This document shows, piece after piece, positions 59,275-64,000 of a stretch of 64,000 bases of DNA (its first letter is position 1; each line of letters starts with the position of its first letter). The stretch is from a virus (taxonomy: Duplodnaviria > Caudoviricetes): IMG/VR virus record IMGVR_UViG_3300028628_000004; one strand, written 5' to 3'. A program made the position numbers and the translations under genes. The notes below the pieces were generated by a model, which saw only the letters and a list, made by a program, of their open reading frames with translations, made no database searches and was not told where the DNA came from.

Positions 59275-59712
59275 TTACTTCTTAATCGACTTAATCAACT
59301 TAGCAAACTTCCCAGGATTTACTGTGCATGCTTTTATGCCACCGAAGTAATCGGCAACATGGAAAGCAGCTACACATATCTCTGAGCATATCCACTTACT
59401 AGGATCTTCCTTTCTGAAGGGAAGAATCATGGAAAAGAAAATAGCTTTCCAGTCATATTTCTTATCTACTTGTGTCCAACAGAAAGCTTTAATCAACAAT
59501 TCTTTTTCTGGTGGAACATCAACTTCAACTATATCCCAATGCTGATGGAAGTACATCTTATATGTAAATTGTGTCTTAAAGGGAGAAGTGAGAGAAGTCC
59601 CAAATGAGGAACCGTCAGAAAATATAAGCTCGCAATGGGAATACTTTGAGAATGTCCAGAACTGGATGAGTCTGTCAAGTATTCCCGTTCCCTTTAAGAA
59701 TGCAACTTTCAT
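59275..59712 (-). CDS. permuted papain-like (YiiX/YaeF, NlpC/P60) protein
   Basis: YSHCEL, KYDW, WICSE motif order. Confidence 0.75.
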   Translation of the reverse strand: MKVAFLKGTGILDRLIQFWTFSKYSHCELIFSDGSSFGTSLTSPFKTQFTYKMYFHQHWDIVEVDVPPEKELLIKAFCWTQVDKKYDWKAIFFSMILPFRKEDPSKWICSEICVAAFHVADYFGGIKACTVNPGKFAKLIKSIKK

Positions 59713-59749
59713 AGAGCCTCCATAAGTATTTATCCTACGGAGTAAAAAA

Positions 59750-59824
59750 TGGTGCCTGCCCCCGGTAACGCTCCGGGTTTGTCCGCTCTTCAGGCGGGTG
59801 CTTTACTATTTAAGCTAGACAGGC
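59750..59824 (-). tRNA. tRNA-Phe(GAA)
   Basis: CCGC-CTGAAGA-GCGG, T-loop AGCGTTA, CCA. Confidence 0.8.
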
Positions 59825-59827
59825 ATA

Positions 59828-59898
59828 TGCAGGATAGAGGAATCGAACCTCTGACTCCGGCTTAACTGCCGGTGTGATAACCACTTCACCAATCCCGC
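59828..59898 (-). tRNA. tRNA-like gene with 6-nt anticodon loop, undetermined
   Basis: Full cloverleaf, CCGGC-AGTTAA-GCCGG, no CCA. Confidence 0.55.
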
Positions 59899-60088
59899 TA
59901 GGTTTTTGCAGAACCTTAACTGACTTTCTATCATTATAGTGGCGAAGATCATCCACTTTTAAGTAGCTTGGGGTACTACTTGTGTAGCATTCCGTAGCTA
60001 ACGGAGATGCCCTTTACCAACCCTCTATAATTATTGTGGCGGGGATCGTCCACAGTAAAGCAGCTTTGAGCGTCCTCATTGCCCTATC

Positions 60089-60160
60089 AAGTATCATTAC
60101 GGAATCGAACCGTTCCTCCCGCGTCATAAGCGGGTATGCATCCGTTACACCAAAGATACT
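60089..60160 (-). tRNA. tRNA-like gene with ATG anticodon (His codon box)
   Basis: CCCGC-TTATGAC-GCGGG, GTTCGATTC; imperfect acceptor, no CCA. Confidence 0.55.
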
Positions 60161-60174
60161 CTTAGCTTCAAACT

Positions 60175-60251
60175 TGGCGACTCCAGTGGGGTTTGAACCC
60201 ACGACCTATTGCGTGACAAGCAATTGCTCTCCCAGGCTGAGCTATGGAGCC
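60175..60251 (-). tRNA. tRNA-Asp(GTC)
   Basis: ATTGC-TTGTCAC-GCAAT, G73 CCA. Confidence 0.9.
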
Positions 60252-60255
60252 ATAA

Positions 60256-60330
60256 TGGCGGGTCTAGGGAGACTTGCGCTCCCCTTTTCGGATCGACAAT
60301 CCGATATGTCGCTATCTACATTTTAGACCC
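60256..60330 (-). tRNA. tRNA-Asp(GTC), variant elbow
   Basis: TCGGA-TTGTCGA-TCCGA, T-loop CGCAAGT, G73 CCA. Confidence 0.8.
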
Positions 60331-60447
60331 AAAAGACCACACCGTTTCTGCATTGTTAAGAGGCTGGTATGGTGCTACTGAACGACCACTCATGGTTGAG
60401 CATCTTAGAGAGGCTTGAGTGGGGCGGAGCCGTTTCATGCTCCTTAT

Positions 60448-60526
60448 TGGTGGGCAAGGTGGGAATCGAACCCGACCTCAACAACTTTATCAGAGTTGCA
60501 CTAGCATACCAGCTAGACTCTTGCCC
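60448..60526 (-). tRNA. tRNA-Ile(GAT)
   Basis: CAACT-CTGATAA-AGTTG, CCA. Confidence 0.8.
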
Positions 60527-60739
60527 AAAAATGTACCAACTTCACGCATCGGTCCATGAGCATTCAAATAAGGTTCTTCCATTGAAGGAAATGAATGATC
60601 TTATAGGAGACAGGGTGCTACCCTGGCTGAACAGCGGCGTTAAGGATCCCCTTCCGGGTCCAAGTGGATTTATTCTCCCCTCGACATGGAGATTTTGGTG
60701 GTGGATATATTTTAAGACCGCTACCGCCACACGGTCTGC

Positions 60740-60814
60740 TGGCACCCCAGGAAGGACTCGCACCTTTCATCTTCGGTTTCGTAGACCGACGTTCTTCTGT
60801 TATACTACCGGGGT
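60740..60814 (-). tRNA. tRNA-Arg(ACG)
   Basis: TCGGT-CTACGAA-ACCGA, CCA. Confidence 0.85.
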
Positions 60815-60821
60815 ATGAGAA

Positions 60822-60892
60822 TGGCAGGCAATCGTGGTGCTTACCCACGCTGATCTTCGTTCGAAGCGATGATTGCTCTCGGAGCATTGCCC
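60822..60892 (-). tRNA. degenerate tRNA-Arg(TCG)
   Basis: GGGCAAT/ATTGCCT-G-CCA, TCG-CTTCGAA-CGA; reduced D-arm, odd T-loop. Confidence 0.55.
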
Positions 60893-60904
60893 ATGAAAAA
60901 GATT

Positions 60905-61041
60905 GTAGCAAGACGGCTACATAAGCCGCATTCATCATCAAGATAACTACCCGTCCTGGGAACTTAATCGTGGGACTTCAACCCCCGTAGTTAGGCTCTT
61001 TATTTCCCCTTGATGTGTCTTTATGTTTAGACGATTGCTAC
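60905..61041 (-). ncRNA. unknown structured RNA
   Basis: Nested helices GTAGCAA/TTGCTAC, CATCAAG/CTTGATG, TAACTAC/GTAGTTA. Confidence 0.5.
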
Positions 61042-61042
61042 T

Positions 61043-61230
61043 TGGTGGGGGAGGTTGGATTCGAACCAACATGCCTCATCGGAACTTATCAGTTAAGTCC
61101 CACGCCTTACGCTCGTTGGGTAATTACTCCGTATGAGCATCGTGGGTTGAATTCTCTATTGTGAGTAACGTTATCTCTCACAGAAAATTCGTTTGTTCAA
61201 CGAGTCGCTTTGCCATTAGCGTACTCCCCC
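61043..61230 (-). ncRNA. tRNA scaffold with ~80-nt structured insertion replacing the anticodon loop
   Basis: GGGGGAG/CTCCCCC-A-CCA, normal D and T arms, CTCGTTG/CAACGAG stem. Confidence 0.7.
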
Positions 61231-61281
61231 AAAAGATGAAGGTTGCTTGCGTTAGTGGAAGCGAGCCTACAAACCTACGCA

Positions 61282-61355
61282 TGGTGGGCAATAAGGGAAT
61301 CAAACCCCTGTATTCTGAACGTCAATCAGATGTTCTATCATTGAACTAATCGCCC
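61282..61355 (-). tRNA. tRNA-Val(GAC)
   Basis: TCTGA-TTGACGT-TCAGA, CCA. Confidence 0.85.
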
Positions 61356-61484
61356 ATAAATCAAACTACGCTATAGAGTTGTTAAACGAAGCATTCGCTT
61401 CGTGGCTCTACTATAAGAGGTCTTCTGTGTAATACAATAGGAGCGACACACATACATCAGGAGTGTATCACACAGAAGCTTTGC

Positions 61485-61573
61485 TGGCGGAATCACACTG
61501 AATCGAACAGTCCAGACCTTCAAGCCTGGGGACGGCTTTCGAAACCGATTGAACACCTTGTTCCCGTGACTCC
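61485..61573 (-). tRNA. tRNA-Ser(CGA), 8/4 fold
   Basis: GGAGTCAC/GTGATTCC acceptor, 4-bp T-stem, loop TTCGAAA, long V-arm, G73. Confidence 0.8.
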
Positions 61574-61580
61574 AAAACTT

Positions 61581-61673
61581 TGGCGGATAGAGAGGGATTC
61601 GAACCCCCGGTGCCCGTTAAAAGGCACTTCGGTTTTCAAAACCGACGCAATCGACCTACTCTGCCATCTATCC
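61581..61673 (-). tRNA. tRNA-Ser(TGA)
   Basis: TCGGT-TTTGAAA-ACCGA, long V-arm, G73 CCA. Confidence 0.92.
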
Positions 61674-61677
61674 ATGC

Positions 61678-62064
61678 CTACATCCATAATCTACCTAATC
61701 TTTTTTCAAATAGCTTTTGAGCCTTTAAAAACATCTTTGCGTCCTCCGCACATAAAGATGGATATACTTGAGGTTTCTCTTTACTAGGAAGACGAGTAAC
61801 AGTGGAGAAGCCATCTATCATTGCCTTCAAGTCCCTGACAAGTTTCTTGTCTTGCTTATCATCTGGATGCATCTTATGAAGATACATCTTGAGACGAGGA
61901 ACTATCCAGCTACAAAAGGCAACATCCAAGTTTATTATTTCTTCGGCTCGGATTGCTTTGTTGCTCACGATATCATCAGCGAGTTTGAGAAGGCTCTCAT
62001 TTTTTTCTCTGAGCTTCTCGTTTTCTTCTTCGAGTTGCTTGATGTATATCTTTTCCTGTGTCAT
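61678..62064 (-). CDS. hypothetical protein
   Basis: TTGATA-16-TATAAT-6-ATG; N-terminal coiled coil. Confidence 0.7.
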   Translation of the reverse strand: MTQEKIYIKQLEEENEKLREKNESLLKLADDIVSNKAIRAEEIINLDVAFCSWIVPRLKMYLHKMHPDDKQDKKLVRDLKAMIDGFSTVTRLPSKEKPQVYPSLCAEDAKMFLKAQKLFEKRLGRLWM

Positions 62065-62098
62065 ACACCTATTATAACTATGGTATATGATATATCAA

Positions 62099-62188
62099 TG
62101 GTGGAGTAAGGAGTAATCGAAACTCTGCCCCCTTGCGGCGACCTTTCGCTTTCCAGGCGAACGCATCTCCCCGATGCTTCTCTACTCC
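62099..62188 (-). tRNA. tRNA-Ser(GGA), non-canonical fold
   Basis: TTCGC-CTGGAAA-GCGAA, long V-arm, CCA. Confidence 0.75.
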
Positions 62189-62194
62189 ATGAAA

Positions 62195-62476
62195 TTAACC
62201 GCCAAGTATCTTATCAAAATCAAACTTATCTTTGATAAACTTATGAAAAAACTGACCTTTACTTGGTGAAAATTTAAATTTATCTTTTAAGAATCTTGAT
62301 ATGTTGTTATAAGCATATACTACAGAAGGGTCGCCTTCAAACCTAATATACAATATTTTTTTCTTACGTGAATATCCAGATTGGATAATAGCAGTCGAAT
62401 CAACATTTGTTGGTGTTAAATTGGCTTCTTCAAGTTTCTTCCAAGTTTCTTGGAGATGTTTATGAATATTATCCAT
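62195..62476 (-). CDS. KTSC domain protein
   Basis: VDSTAI...GY....LYIRF....YAY.......SKGQFFHKFIK; start 62476 avoids overlapping tRNA-Thr. Confidence 0.8.
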   Translation of the reverse strand: MDNIHKHLQETWKKLEEANLTPTNVDSTAIIQSGYSRKKKILYIRFEGDPSVVYAYNNISRFLKDKFKFSPSKGQFFHKFIKDKFDFDKILGG

Positions 62477-62495
62477 GTATTCATATTTATAAAAT

Positions 62496-62569
62496 TGGTG
62501 CTGCTCCAAGGAATCGAACCTTGTTTCCCTACATACCAAGCAGGTGTAATACCAGTATACTAGAGCAGC
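62496..62569 (-). tRNA. tRNA-Thr(GGT)
   Basis: CCTGC-TTGGTAT-GTAGG, CCA. Confidence 0.88.
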
Positions 62570-62572
62570 ATA

Positions 62573-62715
62573 AGACCAGAGAAGAGATTGGGAGCAACAG
62601 TGTTTTTGCCGCTCTGCCGTTGAGCTACCTCACCGTTTGTGGTGAGGGTAGGATTCGAACCTACATCCTGCTCCTTATAATGGAAGTAACCGTCACAATG
62701 ACTACTTCTCTGGTT
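62573..62715 (-). ncRNA. YrlA-type Y RNA (permuted tRNA-like domain)
   Basis: Terminal helix ACCAGAGAAG/CTTCTCTGGT; T-arm precedes a loop-closed acceptor stem and then a D-arm TAGCTCAACGGCAGAGC. Confidence 0.75.
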
Positions 62716-62716
62716 T

Positions 62717-62807
62717 TGGTGGAAGGTGGGAGAATCGAACTCCATTCCCATTAAAGGGAACAATTTCTTTAGCAAAGAATTCCAGTACCACACTGGTTCT
62801 ACCTTCC
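62717..62807 (-). tRNA. tRNA-Ser(GCT), 8/4-like fold
   Basis: TTCT-TTGCTAA-AGAA, long V-arm, 4-bp T-stem, CCA. Confidence 0.8.
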
Positions 62808-62834
62808 ATAATCAAACTACGCTTATAATGTTGT

Positions 62835-62870
62835 AAAAAGAAAAACCCCGACTTTTTGAGTCAGGGTTTT
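62835..62870 (-). terminator. intrinsic terminator of putative attenuator
   Basis: AAAACCCTGACT-CAAAA-AGTCGGGGTTTTTCTTTTT. Confidence 0.85.
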
Positions 62871-62899
62871 CAGAGGGTGCCTATTTTTAGGTCTTTCTC

Positions 62900-63004
62900 T
62901 TACTTACCTGACTCCTGAGTAATAAAATCAGAGAGACGGCGACTCGACAACCATGATGGTTGGAGTTGCTGGACTGGCTGATGGGTGGGTAGGAGGTTAA
63001 TCAT
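62900..63004 (-). promoter_or_regulatory. putative leader peptide MINLLPTHQPVQQLQPSWLSSRRLSDFITQESGK
   Basis: 34-codon ORF 13 nt after TATAAATA (63025-63018), overlapping the antiterminator strand. Confidence 0.6.
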
Positions 63005-63106
63005 AATGTTCTATCTTTATTTATATGCGTATTCTAACATGTCCTGAGAAAAATACAATAAGTATTTTTACCATTGCGTAGTTTGTAATGTTTATAAGGA
63101 CTTACA

Positions 63107-63382
63107 TCAACTTTCCGAAAGGTCATCTTGAACTTCTTTACGAATAACTTCTTCGAGAAGACCATGCTCATCCTTCCACTTGGAAGCACAGCCAGGAATC
63201 TTATGCCCGTGGCATAACCCGCAGTCAGTACGACCACAGTCACAGGGATGCTTGACGGCAAGCCTATTTTTTTCATTTTCAAAATACTTAACTCGTTTCT
63301 TATCCGTTTCCTTCAAAAACTTTAAACGGTTGTCTGCAACTCGTTTCGTCTGTGATCTGCGCCATACTCGACTGCGTTTCAT
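63107..63382 (-). CDS. small basic Cys/His protein
   Basis: AAGGAG SD; HPCDCGRTDCGLCH. Confidence 0.7.
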   Translation of the reverse strand: MKRSRVWRRSQTKRVADNRLKFLKETDKKRVKYFENEKNRLAVKHPCDCGRTDCGLCHGHKIPGCASKWKDEHGLLEEVIRKEVQDDLSES

Positions 63383-63406
63383 GTAATTCTCCTTGTTAAT
63401 AAAGCT

Positions 63407-63481
63407 TGGTGCTACTTGAGAGATTTGAACTCCCGACCTTCTGTTTACAAAACAGATACACTACCACTGTGTTAAAGTAGC
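63407..63481 (-). tRNA. tRNA-Thr(TGT)
   Basis: TCTGT-TTTGTAA-ACAGA, CCA. Confidence 0.9.
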
Positions 63482-63485
63482 ATAA

Positions 63486-63560
63486 TGGTGCCCCCACCAC
63501 GACTCTCACATGGCTTTCCGGAGTACAAAACCGGTGTGTCGATATCTACACTTTAGGGGC
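63486..63560 (-). tRNA. tRNA-Thr(TGT), variant elbow
   Basis: CCGG stem, loop TTTGTAC, T-loop TGAGAGT, CCA. Confidence 0.78.
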
Positions 63561-63592
63561 ATATGCCTCCCACTGAAGGGAGGTCTTGTAAT

Positions 63593-63970
63593 TTACTTCA
63601 AAAGCGACAGCTTACCGAAAATAGCTTTGGACACTTCGTTGTCGATGGGTTCAAAAGCAGTTGCGGTTTCTGCGTTAGACATATCGGGTTCTATGAAGGT
63701 GGTGTATGATAACTCCATTCTGTCATAGAGTGCCTTTATGCTTGCAATTTCGTTATCCGTTGCGGAGAGAAGAATCATTGTCTTGTGGTTGTTCACCCAA
63801 TCAATGACTTTGGGCTTCTGTCCGTGTTGTGCCATAAACTCGGCAGCCGCGTGGCTACTCTGTACAGCACAATGAGTTAACGGAAGTATATCTCGTCTGA
63901 TGAGGATGAACATCTTAAGCATTTTGCTATATACCTCCGGTGCCACAGGCACACTCGGGTATGAGAGCAT
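63593..63970 (-). CDS. PTH2-like peptidyl-tRNA hydrolase
   Basis: MFILIRRD, AVQSSHA, W....KT.ILL, F.EPD....TA.A, L.LL; alternative start 63922 with GGAGGT SD. Confidence 0.75.
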   Translation of the reverse strand: MLSYPSVPVAPEVYSKMLKMFILIRRDILPLTHCAVQSSHAAAEFMAQHGQKPKVIDWVNNHKTMILLSATDNEIASIKALYDRMELSYTTFIEPDMSNAETATAFEPIDNEVSKAIFGKLSLLK

Positions 63971-64000
63971 CTTGTTTCTCCTTGACGTAATCTTCCATTC

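Noticed and set aside
60625-60665. SRP RNA (GGACCCGGAAGGGG resembles helix 8)
   Set aside because: Conserved CAGG and AGCAG internal-loop residues are absent
56331-62793. Plus-strand and short minus-strand ORFs across the RNA array (e.g. 60369-60818, 60618-60941)
   Set aside because: They are translations of tRNA/ncRNA sequence or its antisense, with no protein motifs
1-64000. Stop-codon reassignment
   Set aside because: Long genes are intact in the standard code, all three stops terminate genes, and no CTA/TCA/TTA-anticodon tRNA was found

Overview
Fragment of a large AT-rich T4-like (myovirus, probably jumbo) phage genome read in the standard genetic code. 1-21.9 kb (+): mostly small hypothetical genes plus RNA ligase 1, a PNK-type kinase, nucleoside deoxyribosyltransferase, dCMP deaminase, a degenerate CCA-enzyme homologue, a DUF2201/VWA + MoxR pair, dNMP kinase and ClpP. 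21.9-48 kb (-): baseplate/tail module (gp5, gp25, gp6, large wedge/fibre proteins). 48-54 kb (-): PD-(D/E)XK nuclease, HNH, hypotheticals. 54.3-64 kb (-): a dense RNA array with about 25 tRNA genes, tmRNA, a YrlA-type Y RNA, two HNH homing endonucleases, PTH2-like and KTSC genes, and many non-canonical RNAs. Top observations: (1) two tRNA genes whose anticodon loops are interrupted by inserts that are themselves GCCA-terminated mini-tRNAs; (2) a ~390-nt RNA carrying a near-exact copy of the 23S rRNA L11-binding domain (H43-H44) split by a 308-nt insertion; (3) a leader-peptide attenuator upstream of most of the RNA array; (4) CCA-ended tRNA-like RNAs with remodelled arms and tRNAs with a co-varied A18/G55 elbow. 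All RNA folds and family assignments were made by eye with no database searches, so ends may be off by a few nt.
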